A stretch of DNA of 64,000 bases, from positions 3,856 through 67,855 of the forward strand of contig CAYWKU010000017.1 in the NCBI GenBank assembly GCA_964459325.1, in the 5' to 3' direction. The translations under genes were made by a program, and so were the position numbers. The notes under the pieces were generated by a model. The model saw only the letters and a program-made list of their open reading frames with translations, ran no database searches and had not been told where the DNA came from. Of the stretch, positions 49,168-59,140 are shown one piece after another; the first letter of the stretch is position 1; every line of letters begins with the position of its first letter. This DNA comes from an uncultured bacterium. GTDB lineage: Bacteria > RBG-13-61-14 > CAYWKU01.

Positions 49168-50205
49168 GTGGCGAAAGCGCTGGTTATTCAGACCGCTTTT
49201 CTCGGGGACGTGGTGCTCACTACGCCCCTTTTTCGCGCTCTGGCCGATAACTACAACATGAAAACGGCGGCGGTGGTAACTCCCGCCGGGGCCGCCATAC
49301 TGGGCCACCCGGCTCAACCGGTCGCCGGTCTCGAGAAAACCATTGCCTACGACAAACGCGGTTCCGACCGTGGGCTGACATCCTTTCTTAAACTCGCCGC
49401 CCGCCTGAAAAACGAACATTTCGACGTGTTGCTCAGCCCTCATCGCTCTTACCGGTCGGCGGCCCTCACGCTGCTCTCACGGGCGCCCGCACGGGTGGGA
49501 TTCGATGAAAACGCCCTTCCCTTCGCCTGGACTCAAAGGGTGCCCCGAGACCGCAACATCCACGACGTTGAGCGAAATTTGAGCCTCCTGGAGCCGCTCG
49601 GCGGTCTGCCCGAAGATTTCTCCCCGAAACCGGAAGTCGCCGTCACCCCGGAAGGCCGAACCGGAGCCGAAAGAATCGCCGGAGAATTTCTGTCCGCGCC
49701 GCTGAAAATCGGTGTAGCGCCGGGGTCCGTCTGGGGGACGAAAAGATGGCTCCCAGAGCGGTTCGCTGAAGTAATGGAGGCTTTAACTGACCGAAAAGGC
49801 GCGAAATTCGCACTGGTCGGCGGCCCGGATGACCGGGCGTCCACCGCCACCGTCGCCGGACTCACCTCCGCCGAATGCACGGACACGGCGGGAGAAACAA
49901 ACGTACAGGAAATGGCGGCGTTGATTTCCCATCTCGACCTTTTCATCACCAACGACTCCGGGGCCATGCACGTTGCAGCGGCTCTGGAAGTGCCGGTGGT
50001 GGCCATTTTCGGGCCCACCGTTCCCGGTTTCGGCTTCACTCCTTATACGGACAAAGCAAAGGTCATAGAACCGGAAAATCCACCCCGTTGCCGACCCTGC
50101 AACCCTCACGGTCCCCGCCAGTGCCCCGAAGGGCATTTCGATTGCATGAAAAACATATCCGTCAAAGCCGTTGTAAACGCCGCCCTCGAACTGCTGAAAG
50201 CATAA
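49168..50205 (+). CDS. waaF: LPS heptosyltransferase II (GT9)
   Basis: QTAFLGDVVL, PGSVWGTKRW, NDSGAMH and IFGPT. Confidence 0.85.
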   Translation: MAKALVIQTAFLGDVVLTTPLFRALADNYNMKTAAVVTPAGAAILGHPAQPVAGLEKTIAYDKRGSDRGLTSFLKLAARLKNEHFDVLLSPHRSYRSAALTLLSRAPARVGFDENALPFAWTQRVPRDRNIHDVERNLSLLEPLGGLPEDFSPKPEVAVTPEGRTGAERIAGEFLSAPLKIGVAPGSVWGTKRWLPERFAEVMEALTDRKGAKFALVGGPDDRASTATVAGLTSAECTDTAGETNVQEMAALISHLDLFITNDSGAMHVAAALEVPVVAIFGPTVPGFGFTPYTDKAKVIEPENPPRCRPCNPHGPRQCPEGHFDCMKNISVKAVVNAALELLKA

Positions 50206-50351
50206 TCCCCGCCCCTTTCGGTTTATTTCCTCATCGTTTACAATTCAACCCATGCTCAAGGTTCTCAAATACGGAGCGGCCCGCTCCGGAGTGCCCTGAC
50301 TGCGTAAAAATTCCCCGGGTGTATCCCGGGCAAGAGGAGGTTTATCGCAAT

Positions 50352-50714
50352 ATGGCAAAAGAAAAGTTTTTTTACTCGGTCACGTCTTCCGTAAGCAATC
50401 CCGACAAGGCGGCCTTGCCGCTGGTGCTCGCATCCACGGCGCTTGACTCGGGCCACGACGTTATCGTCTGGCTGGCCACCGAAGGCGCCCTGCTTGCCCG
50501 CACCGGAAACGCCACTAAACTCTCAAGCCCGATATTCGGAAATATAGAAGAACTTTTAAGGAAAGCTGTCCATCTGGGAGGGAAGCTCGCCGTCTGCGGC
50601 ACCTGCTGCAATTTCTATAAAATTTCCGATAACGACCTGGCCGAAGGTATCGAGAAACAGACCGCGCTCTGGGCCGTTGAAGCATCCATAGGAAGAAACT
50701 GCTTGACCTTTTAG
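50352..50714 (+). CDS. DsrE family protein
   Basis: WLATEG and VCGTC. GAGGAGG RBS before ATG 50352. Confidence 0.8.
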   Translation: MAKEKFFYSVTSSVSNPDKAALPLVLASTALDSGHDVIVWLATEGALLARTGNATKLSSPIFGNIEELLRKAVHLGGKLAVCGTCCNFYKISDNDLAEGIEKQTALWAVEASIGRNCLTF

Positions 50715-50758
50715 AAACCGGTACTCATATTTTAATGAAACTATGAAAGGGGCGTTGA

Positions 50759-51646
50759 ATGAAGGTACTGCTCACCGGCTCGACCGGTTTCGTCGGCAAC
50801 CGTGTGGCTGCCCGGCTTCTGGATAAGGGGCACTCGGTGCGCGCCTTGGTGCGAAAGGGCAGCGAATCCAAACTTGCGGTCGCCGCCCGGTGCGAAATCT
50901 TCCACGGCGATGTAACCGAACGCCAAGGCCTCAAAAGCGCGGTGGACGGTTGCGAAGCGGTTGTTCACCTGGTGGGCGTCATCCGGGAATTCCCGGGGAA
51001 GGGGATTACCTTCCAGAGGCTTCATGTTGACGGCGCCCGCAACATCGCCGATGCCGCCGCCGAGGCGGGGGTGAAGCGTTTCGTGCACATGAGCGCGCTC
51101 GGGGCACGCGAAAACGCTCCCACCAAATACTGGGCCACCAAATACGAAGCGGAAAAATACCTCAAATCCAAAGACCTGGAGCTTACCGTCTTCCGGCCTT
51201 CGGTGATTATCGGTCCCGGAGGCGAGTTCCCCGCTCTGCTCAAACAGATGGCCGGAGCGCCGCTCACGCCGGTGATTGGAAACGGCAACTACAAAATGCA
51301 GCCGGTGAGCGTTCTTGACATCGCCGAGCTTTTCGCACAGGCCCTCGAAAAACCCGTTACGCACGGCAAAGCCTATGAAGTCGGAGGGCCGGACGTGCTC
51401 ACCTACGATGAAATGCTCCGGATTGCAGGCCAGGTGCTGGGCAAACCCGTAAGGACTATACACATCCCGGTGAGCCCGGTAAAAATCGCCGCGGCAATGC
51501 TTGACCGATTCGCCTCATGGCCCATAACACGGGAGCAATTGAAGATGATAGCCGAGGACTCGGTGGCGGACACATCGCAACTGTCCGGGGATTTTCAAAT
51601 AAAATTCGCTACTTATCGAGACGCACTGGAGCGGGCTTTCAGGTAG
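50759..51646 (+). CDS. NAD-dependent epimerase/dehydratase (NDUFA9-like SDR)
   Basis: TGSTGFVG, HMSALGA, YWATK and RPS. Confidence 0.9.
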   Translation: MKVLLTGSTGFVGNRVAARLLDKGHSVRALVRKGSESKLAVAARCEIFHGDVTERQGLKSAVDGCEAVVHLVGVIREFPGKGITFQRLHVDGARNIADAAAEAGVKRFVHMSALGARENAPTKYWATKYEAEKYLKSKDLELTVFRPSVIIGPGGEFPALLKQMAGAPLTPVIGNGNYKMQPVSVLDIAELFAQALEKPVTHGKAYEVGGPDVLTYDEMLRIAGQVLGKPVRTIHIPVSPVKIAAAMLDRFASWPITREQLKMIAEDSVADTSQLSGDFQIKFATYRDALERAFR

Positions 51647-51648
51647 AC

Positions 51649-52338
51649 TCAGGCTGGGAGAGATGCCAGCACCTTCGTAACCAGCTTTTCTCCGTCGGGA
51701 TGTTCACTCGGCGATTTGGCTTCCGGCGCATGCGATAAGCTCATGGGCCGGAAAGGCGTGATTTCCTCGATTATTTGAGCGTTCGTTTTTTTGGAAAGGT
51801 CGGAGGAGTTATCCGGCTCGTTCAGCACCACTCCCGCCACTTCGATTTTCCTTTTCGCCGCCACCTCGAGGGTCAGCATGACGTGGTTAATGCAACCCAG
51901 CCGGTTGTGCGCCACCACCAGTAGAGGGATGTCCATTTCCCCGGCCAGGTCTATCATCAACCTGTCGGAAGTTATGGGCGCCATCAATCCCCCGGCGCCT
52001 TCCACTATCATCATCCTGTGTCGGGAGACAAGCTCCCGGAAGGAAACCCGGATGGTATCGAGGTCCACCTTCCGGCCCTCGTTACGCGCCGCCATCAGGG
52101 GAGCCAGCGGGTCTCGGAAAACCGCCGGGCATATCAGCGCTATAGAATCCTCCACTCCGGCGGCGCTTTTCAACATGTGCGCATCCTCCGGCATCATGTT
52201 CGCGCACCCGGTCTCGACCGGCTTCATTACTCCCACGTCAATGCCGCGATTCACCAGCCCTGCGGCGAGTAAAGCGCCTACGAAAGTTTTGCCGACGCCC
52301 GTGTCGGCGCCGGTTATAAAAACGCCAATATCGGCCAT
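51649..52338 (-). CDS. bioD: Dethiobiotin synthase
   Basis: TGADTGVGKT, KPVETG, VEGAGG and LGCINH. Confidence 0.96.
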   Translation of the reverse strand: MADIGVFITGADTGVGKTFVGALLAAGLVNRGIDVGVMKPVETGCANMMPEDAHMLKSAAGVEDSIALICPAVFRDPLAPLMAARNEGRKVDLDTIRVSFRELVSRHRMMIVEGAGGLMAPITSDRLMIDLAGEMDIPLLVVAHNRLGCINHVMLTLEVAAKRKIEVAGVVLNEPDNSSDLSKKTNAQIIEEITPFRPMSLSHAPEAKSPSEHPDGEKLVTKVLASLPA

Positions 52339-52340
52339 AA

Positions 52341-53699
52341 TCAGCTAAGGTCTGTAATGGAGCCGGCCACCGCCTCCAGCAGAAGGTCGATTTGCTCATC
52401 GGAGATGCACAGCGGCGGGTTGAGTATCACCACTTCCCCCAGCGGTCTTATTATAACACCATATTTTCTCGCCTGTCTACAGATATTTATGCTCTTTTGG
52501 GCCGCCGGCGGAAACGGCTCCCTGCTTTCCTTGTCCTGCACAATCTCTATGCCGGTCAGAACGCCCTTCTGCCTGACGTCACCCACGATGTCCAGCTGGG
52601 CGACCTTTTTAAGGCCCTCGGTCAACCTTTCTATTTTAGGGGGCAAATTTTCCAGGGTCCGCTCCCGCTCGAAAACGTCCAAACTGGCTATCGCCGCCGC
52701 GCAGGCCAGTTGGTTACCTGTGTAGGTATGGCCGTGGTAAAAGGTGCGCAAATCCTCCTGCCGGGTCAGGAAAGCATCGAAAACCCGCTCGTTGGCCAGA
52801 GTGGCCGCCAGCGGCAGGTATCCGCCGGAGATTCCCTTGGCCAGCGCCATCAAATCCGGCGTAACGCCCTCCCATTCGCATGCGAACATTTTCCCCGTGC
52901 GTCCGAAACCCACCGCCACCTCGTCGGCTATCATAAGCACGTCATAGCGGTCACAAAGCTCGCGGACACGCTTCAGATGACCCGGGGGGGACGTCACCAT
53001 GCCCGCAGCGCCTTGCACAAGCGGCTCGCATATCACCCCCACAATCTCGTCGGAGTGCTCCGCCAGCACCTCCTCCAGCTTGTCCAGGCAGCCTATCGAG
53101 CAGCCGGGGTAGCTCAAACCCAAAGGGCAGCGGTAACAGTAAGGCGCCGGGACCTGGTAAGTCTCGAACAAAAGAGGCCGGTATATTTCGTGGAAAAGCT
53201 CGATTCCCCCCACCGAAACAGAGCCTACGGTATCGCCGTGATATGCGTTAGCGAATGTGGCGAACCGTGACCTGGATGGCCGGGGCTCGGAACATTGCCG
53301 CCAGTACTGGTAGGCGATTTTCAGAGCGATTTCAGCGGCTTCCGAGCCGGAATCCGAATAAAAAACCCTTATCAGACCCTCGGGGGCTATCTTTATCAGC
53401 CTTTCGGCGAATTCGGCGCTGGGAATATTGGCAAAGCCCAACAGGGTGGAGTGGGCTATCTTGTCCAGTTGCGACCGGACGGCTTCGTCGATTACCGGAT
53501 GGCGGTGGCCGTGCACGTTGGTCCACAGGGAGCTGATTCCGTCCAGGTAGCGGTTGCCGTCCACGTCGTACAGCCATGCGCCCTCCCCGCTTTCGATAAC
53601 CAGCGGGTCGTTTTCAATCCAGTCCCGCATCGGGGTGAACGGGTGCCAGACGTACCGTATGTCTGTTTGTTTTATTCTCTTGGCATCTTCCGGTTTCAT
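52341..53699 (-). CDS. bioA: Adenosylmethionine-8-amino-7-oxononanoate transaminase
   Basis: WHPFT, SSLW, YHGDT, DEVAVGFGRTG and AKGISGG. Confidence 0.96.
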   Translation of the reverse strand: MKPEDAKRIKQTDIRYVWHPFTPMRDWIENDPLVIESGEGAWLYDVDGNRYLDGISSLWTNVHGHRHPVIDEAVRSQLDKIAHSTLLGFANIPSAEFAERLIKIAPEGLIRVFYSDSGSEAAEIALKIAYQYWRQCSEPRPSRSRFATFANAYHGDTVGSVSVGGIELFHEIYRPLLFETYQVPAPYCYRCPLGLSYPGCSIGCLDKLEEVLAEHSDEIVGVICEPLVQGAAGMVTSPPGHLKRVRELCDRYDVLMIADEVAVGFGRTGKMFACEWEGVTPDLMALAKGISGGYLPLAATLANERVFDAFLTRQEDLRTFYHGHTYTGNQLACAAAIASLDVFERERTLENLPPKIERLTEGLKKVAQLDIVGDVRQKGVLTGIEIVQDKESREPFPPAAQKSINICRQARKYGVIIRPLGEVVILNPPLCISDEQIDLLLEAVAGSITDLS

Positions 53700-54892
53700 T
53701 TTTTCAAAATTCCCAGGTTTTTCGCCGTTTTGGAGATTTTTTCCACGGCATAATCCAGCTGCCCTTTCTCATGAGTCGCCATGACGGTAATCCTCAACCT
53801 GCTGGCGCCGGCGGGAACGCTCGGGGGGCGAATGGCGGTGCAGTACACCCCCTCATCCAGAAGCCGGGAGGCGAATTCCAGGGCCGTTTCCTCATCCCCG
53901 ACCAGCACCGGGACGATGGGAATTTCGCCCCGCTCCACCTCCAACCCCTCATTTTTCAGGCAATCCCGGAAATAGCAGGCGTTACGCTTCAACTCCTCCA
54001 CCATCTCCGGCTCCGCCTCCAGCAACTCTACCGCTGCCAGCGAAGCCGCCGCCACCGGCGGGGGCAGCGCGGTGGTATAAACGAAAGACCTGGCGACGTT
54101 GACCAACCAGTCAATAATTTCCTCCGAACCAACCACAAATGCGCCGAAGCTTCCCAGAGCCTTGCCGAGAGTACCCACTATTATGTCCACTTCATTCCCG
54201 AGGCCGAAATGAGCCGCCAATCCCCGCCCGCCGGGGCCGATGACACCCGTGGCGTGAGCTTCGTCGACCACCAGCAGCGCATCATGGCGCCGCTTCAGCT
54301 CCACCAGTCCGGGAAGGGGCGCTATGTCGCCGTCCATGCTGAAAATTCCGTCGGTAACTATAACCCTGCGGCCTTCGATGTCCTCCTCGCTCATAAGCCG
54401 CTCCAGCCTGTCCATGTCCATGTGCGGATATACCCGTATGGTTGCCCGGCTCAACCGGGCGCCGTCTATAATGCTGGCGTGATTCAGCCGGTCGCTGTAG
54501 ATGACGTCGCCCTTGCCGGCTATCGAGCTGAGCACGCCCACGTTGGCCTGGTATCCGGAGTTGAAAAGGACACATGAAGGGGCTTTTTTGAAGGACGCCA
54601 GCCGCTCCTCAAGCTTGCGGTGGATGTCCATGGTGCCGCTTACGAGCCTCGATGCGCCGGAGCCTGCGCCGGAGGAGTAGGCCGCGCTCGAAGCCGCCTG
54701 AGCCAGGGCCGGGTGGTCGGCCAGGCCCAAGTAGTTGTTCGAGCACATCAGTATCGCCCGCCGCCCGTCAAGCTCCACAACCGGCCCCTGCGGCCCGCTG
54801 ACCGCGCGGCAACGGCGGTACAGGTTGCGGCTTTTAAGCTCGTCGAGCTTTTCGCGGAATTTCTTTTTGTTTGGGCTGGCAGTAATTTTCAT
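53696..54892 (-). CDS. bioF: 8-amino-7-oxononanoate synthase
   Basis: SNNYLGL, NHASIIDG, FSMDGD, DEAH and TLGKA. Confidence 0.95.
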   Translation of the reverse strand: MKITASPNKKKFREKLDELKSRNLYRRCRAVSGPQGPVVELDGRRAILMCSNNYLGLADHPALAQAASSAAYSSGAGSGASRLVSGTMDIHRKLEERLASFKKAPSCVLFNSGYQANVGVLSSIAGKGDVIYSDRLNHASIIDGARLSRATIRVYPHMDMDRLERLMSEEDIEGRRVIVTDGIFSMDGDIAPLPGLVELKRRHDALLVVDEAHATGVIGPGGRGLAAHFGLGNEVDIIVGTLGKALGSFGAFVVGSEEIIDWLVNVARSFVYTTALPPPVAAASLAAVELLEAEPEMVEELKRNACYFRDCLKNEGLEVERGEIPIVPVLVGDEETALEFASRLLDEGVYCTAIRPPSVPAGASRLRITVMATHEKGQLDYAVEKISKTAKNLGILKK

Positions 54893-54947
54893 GGAATGAT
54901 TCTTCCTGAAGAGACCATCGAAAAGGCCTCAAATTTGATATTCAATG

Positions 54948-55026
54948 GTAGGCGCGACACTTTTGTCGCGCATTACAAATTGTAGTGCCCGAAAATCAGA
55001 ATGTGCGGCAGGAGTGACGCACCTAC
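54948..55026. repeat. GTAG-type REP doublet, family B copy 2
   Basis: GTAGGCGCGACACTTTTGTCGCGC plus inverted GTAGGTGCGTCACTCCTGCCGCAC, between bioB and bioF. Confidence 0.8.
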
Positions 55027-55031
55027 CGTTT

Positions 55032-56009
55032 TTATACCTGCTGCACCCGAAGTCCGCAGTCCGCAACCATTTTTCCGTCCAGTTCGGCGTCCCTTCCGGG
55101 TGTGGTCAGGTAATCGCCTATCATCAACCCGTTGGCGCCCGCGAACAGGGCCGAGCTTTGCAAATCCCTCATGTTGGCCTCCCTGCCTCCGCACAAAACG
55201 ATGTCGGCTTCGGGCATTATCAGACGGGCAAGGGCCGTTATCTTCAGGCAATCGGTGGGAGTAAGCTCGGACTTGTCTTCGAGGGGAGTGCCGGGAATGG
55301 GCACTAAAAAATTCAAGGGCGCCGAGTCGGGAGCAAGCTCGGCGATGGAATACAAAAGCTCCAGCCGCTGCTCCCGGGTTTCACCCATCCCGAATATGCC
55401 CCCGCAACAGGTCTCCAGTCCCGCCGAGCGGGCTTTCTTGACGGTGTCCACGTCTTCCGAGAAGTCGTGAGTGGTACATACGCTGGAAAAGTAGCTGGGC
55501 GCGGTCTCGAGGTTATGGTGATAGCGAACCAGACCCGCATCCTTGAGCCTGCTCAATACGCCATCATCAAGCACGCCCAGCGAAGCGCACGGCCTGATGC
55601 CGGTGCTTTTTATCCTGCCCAGCCCGTCCAGAACCGTTCCCAGTTCCGAGTCTTCGTCCAGCGCGTACCCGCTGGTCACCAGGCAGAACCTCGTAGCGCC
55701 CGCGCTTCCGGCCCTCCCGGCGGCCTCCTCCATCTTTTCCGCCGGGATGAGGTCGTAGACCGGGGCGTCCGTGGTATAGTGAACCGACTGTGAGCAAAAG
55801 GCGCAATCCTCCGAGCATTTCCCGGAGCGGGCGTTTACTATGCCGCAGAAGAATATCTCCTCGCCCTTGCTCCTTATCCTGGCGCGGTTGGCGACGGCCA
55901 ACAACTCCGGCAGCTCCGTAGCCCCGATGGCCGCCGCTCGGCGGGCGGTCTCATAATCAATCGGTTCGCCGTCCTTTGCCGCTTGCCCTAATTTTTTCCA
56001 GAGTTCCAT
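55032..56009 (-). CDS. bioB: Biotin synthase
   Basis: CSEDCAFCSQS, YHHNLET, CCGGIFGMGE and GDYLTT. Confidence 0.96.
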   Translation of the reverse strand: MELWKKLGQAAKDGEPIDYETARRAAAIGATELPELLAVANRARIRSKGEEIFFCGIVNARSGKCSEDCAFCSQSVHYTTDAPVYDLIPAEKMEEAAGRAGSAGATRFCLVTSGYALDEDSELGTVLDGLGRIKSTGIRPCASLGVLDDGVLSRLKDAGLVRYHHNLETAPSYFSSVCTTHDFSEDVDTVKKARSAGLETCCGGIFGMGETREQRLELLYSIAELAPDSAPLNFLVPIPGTPLEDKSELTPTDCLKITALARLIMPEADIVLCGGREANMRDLQSSALFAGANGLMIGDYLTTPGRDAELDGKMVADCGLRVQQV

Positions 56010-56039
56010 AGTGGTAGTAGTTTAACGTGGGGCGGCGTA

Positions 56040-56071
56040 TTGTCAACCAGGGGGCGAACATAGGTTTACAA
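56040..56071. promoter_or_regulatory. BirA operator (bioO)
   Basis: TTGTCAACC-N14-GGTTTACAA, 30 nt upstream of bioB. Same layout as E. coli bioO. Confidence 0.9.
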
Positions 56072-56136
56072 TGGGGTTGGAATCACTTTATGGAGCGATA
56101 TTGAGTGGAACTTTTTGTTCGAGGAGGATTGCCCGT

Positions 56137-56502
56137 TCAGGGATAGTCGTGACCGCCCAGTACGACGGGCACGCTCCAGCTTTCTTCGAACTTGGCCTTG
56201 ATTGCATCCAGGTCCATCGGACAGGCGGCGGTGTTTTTGGCTTTCATGATGCAGGTGCTCAGGTGAAGGGCGTCAACGCTTCTGTCCAAGTCGTTCATGC
56301 ACGTTCTCACCAGGCTTGCGCTGGGCATTATCAGGCCGGGGCAATCTCCGCAGTGGGTCATGAAAATTACTTCGGGCGGTTCGTCGTAGCGGGAGAAATC
56401 TCCCTCCAGTCGGCTTATGGCTTTGAAACACTTGGCGCAACCGACGCATACTTCATCCTTGATTCGCTTGCAATAAAAAATGCCTATTTTCTGCTTGGCC
56501 AT
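56137..56502 (-). CDS. CGGC-domain protein
   Basis: CVGCAKC, CGDCPG, HLSTC, CP and VVLGGH. Confidence 0.8.
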   Translation of the reverse strand: MAKQKIGIFYCKRIKDEVCVGCAKCFKAISRLEGDFSRYDEPPEVIFMTHCGDCPGLIMPSASLVRTCMNDLDRSVDALHLSTCIMKAKNTAACPMDLDAIKAKFEESWSVPVVLGGHDYP

Positions 56503-56758
56503 GGCCTTATCTCCTTTTTACCCCATTTCTTATAGAATACATACCCAGTCACCGGTGTCAACGAACGGGTAGTGAAAATACCGCTTAATTGCCCTTTTAT
56601 GAAGCAATTGTTGTTGCATACCGTGCGCAACATACCCGGTTGTCTTGACTACCCTTTTATATTGTGGTATTTGTATATGATGAGGGTTTTGGGTGTTTGT
56701 CCGACAAAAAAAGCGTTTGAAAGGACAGACAAAAAGAAAACAAGAGGTTAAGTCGGAG

Positions 56759-57343
56759 ATGCAAGACGTCCCACAATGCAGAGAATGCGGAAAACCGAAA
56801 CAGGAAGTGGGGGTACTTATCCCCTACAAGGGCAAGTACTTGTGCGACCTCTGCATTATAGAAAATAATAATCGAATTCTCGCCGAGCTCGGTGAAGACG
56901 ATGAAGAGGTCACGCCCCTGGAGGATGAGCTCAAAGACACTCCGAACATAAGCTTGGAGGGGGATTCCGAAGAAGGCGAGGCCGAAGATGAAGAGGACGC
57001 GGAATGGAGTCCCATGACTTCCCTGGACGAAGACTCTCTGGATTACATCTTCCGCAAATCCGGCCGCCACAAGGATGGCGGCATAGAACAGAAGGACCTC
57101 AAAGACGAACGGATAGACCCCGATGCCGTAGCGCTGCTGCCCCGGGCGGTGGCGGAACAATTTTGCCTGATTCCCCTCAGAAGAGAGGGTAAGGACCTGG
57201 TGGTGGCCTTTAGCGACCCGTCCGATGAAGAGGCTTTGCAGGAAGTGAAGTACTTCACCGGGATGGACGTCAACGTAGTCGCCGCGGACCCCGAGCAGAT
57301 TGAAGACGCCATCAGCAAATATTACGAAAACCAGGAGGCGTGA
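56759..57343 (+). CDS. ClpX-type C4 zinc finger + acidic linker + T2SSE_N (GspE/PilB N-terminal) domain protein
   Basis: CRECGK..LCDLC and IDPDAVALLP..A....IPL....LVVAFSDP....I..AI..YY. Confidence 0.75.
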   Translation: MQDVPQCRECGKPKQEVGVLIPYKGKYLCDLCIIENNNRILAELGEDDEEVTPLEDELKDTPNISLEGDSEEGEAEDEEDAEWSPMTSLDEDSLDYIFRKSGRHKDGGIEQKDLKDERIDPDAVALLPRAVAEQFCLIPLRREGKDLVVAFSDPSDEEALQEVKYFTGMDVNVVAADPEQIEDAISKYYENQEA

Positions 57344-59073
57344 TGGGAACGCTTAAAAAGGCAGCGGCGACGGTCGGGATAGCGGGACTTTGCCTTTTCA
57401 TAACTTTATCCGCCGGAATTTCCCAGGACCTGGAAATACCCGGAGCCCGGAACCTCAGCAACGTAAATTCCCCCCAGAAGGACTATGCCCCCGTTATCAG
57501 CGCGGACGGCAACACCCTTTATTTCACTTCCAACCGACCCGGAGGCCGTGGCGAAACCGACTTCTGGTACAGCAACAGGTCAGGTTCTTCGTGGGGCTCA
57601 CCCATGAACCTGGGCCCTCCCATCAACACTCACCTTCCCGAAGGCACATGCACCATTACGCCGAGTCAGACAATGGTCATCTTCGCCATCTGCGACGAAC
57701 CCGGGACGCCGGAAAACAAGCGAAAAGGTTACGGAAGTTGCGATTTGTACTGGTCTCACCTCAGCGGAAATAGCTGGAGTAAACCGGTGAATATGGGAAA
57801 ACCCATCAACACCAAGTTCTGGGACTCCAGGCCCAGCATAGCCGCCGACGGGAAAACGCTTTACTTTGCCAGCGAAAGGCCGGTGGGGCTGCCCAAGAGC
57901 TACTTTAAGTATCTTGACGGGGATTATCCCAGTAAGTGGCCGGAAAGTTATCAGAAATTTTATCAAAACCACGACATTTACCGGGCCGTGCGCAGCGGGG
58001 ACAGTTGGGGCGAGCCCAAGCGCCTGGGAAGCGCCGTGAACACATCCTCCGCCGACACCTCGCCTTTCATGCACGCCGACGGGGTGAGCCTGTATTTCAG
58101 CTCCAAAGGCCGCGGAGGTCGCGGCGGGCTGGACATTTTCAGGGCCACCTTGCAGGATGACGGCGCCTTCGCCAAGACCATCAACCTTGGTTCCTACGAC
58201 CCGGGACGCACAATTAACACCAAGGGCGACGATTACTTCTTCACCATCCCCGCCTCGGGCGACGTGGGCTACCTGTCGGCCCGGGGCCGTTCCGGAGGCA
58301 AGGGGGATTTCGACATATACAAGGTGCCGCTGCCATACGAGTTGAGACCCAAGAAAATCACCACCCTGTCCGGTGTGGTGTACAACGTGAAAACCGTCGG
58401 CAAATCGGGCGCTTCGACTTCCGTCTATCACCAGGACAAAGTCTCCGGGGACAGGGACAAGGTGAGAGCCAACCCCATCGGAAGAAGCGCGGAGATTAAA
58501 CTGGTGGACTTCTCTTCCGGTGAAGTCGTAAAGCGGGACAAATCTCATCCGAAAACCGGAAAATATACGGCGGTTATCGACCCCGACCGCAAATACGTCC
58601 TGACCGTAAAGGCCAAATGCTTCTTTCCCTACGAGAAAAACTTCAATATACCCCGGGAAAAGGCGGGAGAAAACCTGCGGCTGGACATCCCGCTCAAGCC
58701 GATGGTTCCCGGCGAAGGGGTCGTATTGCCGAATATCTTCTTTGAGTTCGACAAGGCCACGCTCAAATCGGAAAGCTATCCCGCTCTTAACCGGGTGGTG
58801 GCGCTCATGGAGGAATATCCGAAGATTAAGGTCGAGCTGGGGGGCCACACCGACTGCGTGGGAAGCGACTCCTACAATCAGAAGCTCAGCGAAGAGCGCG
58901 CCGAAGCGTGCAGGCAGTACCTTATCAAACAAGGCATAAGTTCCGACAGGATTAAGGCCAAGGGTTACGGTGAAACCCAGCCCATAGACCCCAACTGCGA
59001 CCCGAAAAAGGGCAATCAGAGAAACCGTCGGACGGAGTTTAAAATTCTGCACGGGGGGTTGGATTGCGATTGA
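57340..59073 (+). CDS. OmpA family protein with PD40 repeats
   Basis: PVISADGNTLYFTSNR repeats, NIFFEFDKA, GHTD, LSEERA and NRRTEF. Confidence 0.92.
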   Translation: MMGTLKKAAATVGIAGLCLFITLSAGISQDLEIPGARNLSNVNSPQKDYAPVISADGNTLYFTSNRPGGRGETDFWYSNRSGSSWGSPMNLGPPINTHLPEGTCTITPSQTMVIFAICDEPGTPENKRKGYGSCDLYWSHLSGNSWSKPVNMGKPINTKFWDSRPSIAADGKTLYFASERPVGLPKSYFKYLDGDYPSKWPESYQKFYQNHDIYRAVRSGDSWGEPKRLGSAVNTSSADTSPFMHADGVSLYFSSKGRGGRGGLDIFRATLQDDGAFAKTINLGSYDPGRTINTKGDDYFFTIPASGDVGYLSARGRSGGKGDFDIYKVPLPYELRPKKITTLSGVVYNVKTVGKSGASTSVYHQDKVSGDRDKVRANPIGRSAEIKLVDFSSGEVVKRDKSHPKTGKYTAVIDPDRKYVLTVKAKCFFPYEKNFNIPREKAGENLRLDIPLKPMVPGEGVVLPNIFFEFDKATLKSESYPALNRVVALMEEYPKIKVELGGHTDCVGSDSYNQKLSEERAEACRQYLIKQGISSDRIKAKGYGETQPIDPNCDPKKGNQRNRRTEFKILHGGLDCD

Positions 59074-59074
59074 G

Positions 59075-59104
59075 TTGACACCGTAAAAAGCCCTGTGTTA
59101 AAAT
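59075..59104 (+). promoter_or_regulatory. Sigma70 promoter for the PEGA genes
   Basis: TTGACA-18-TAAAAT. Confidence 0.55.
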
Positions 59105-59140
59105 ACAATTAAATTAATCCAAGAAAAACGGGGGAATATC

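Noticed and set aside
57598-59052. Long antisense ORFs (also 7504-8526, 15928-17022, 34726-35955, 60763-61788)
   Set aside because: They are shadows of well-supported genes in GC-rich DNA and contain no recognisable motifs.
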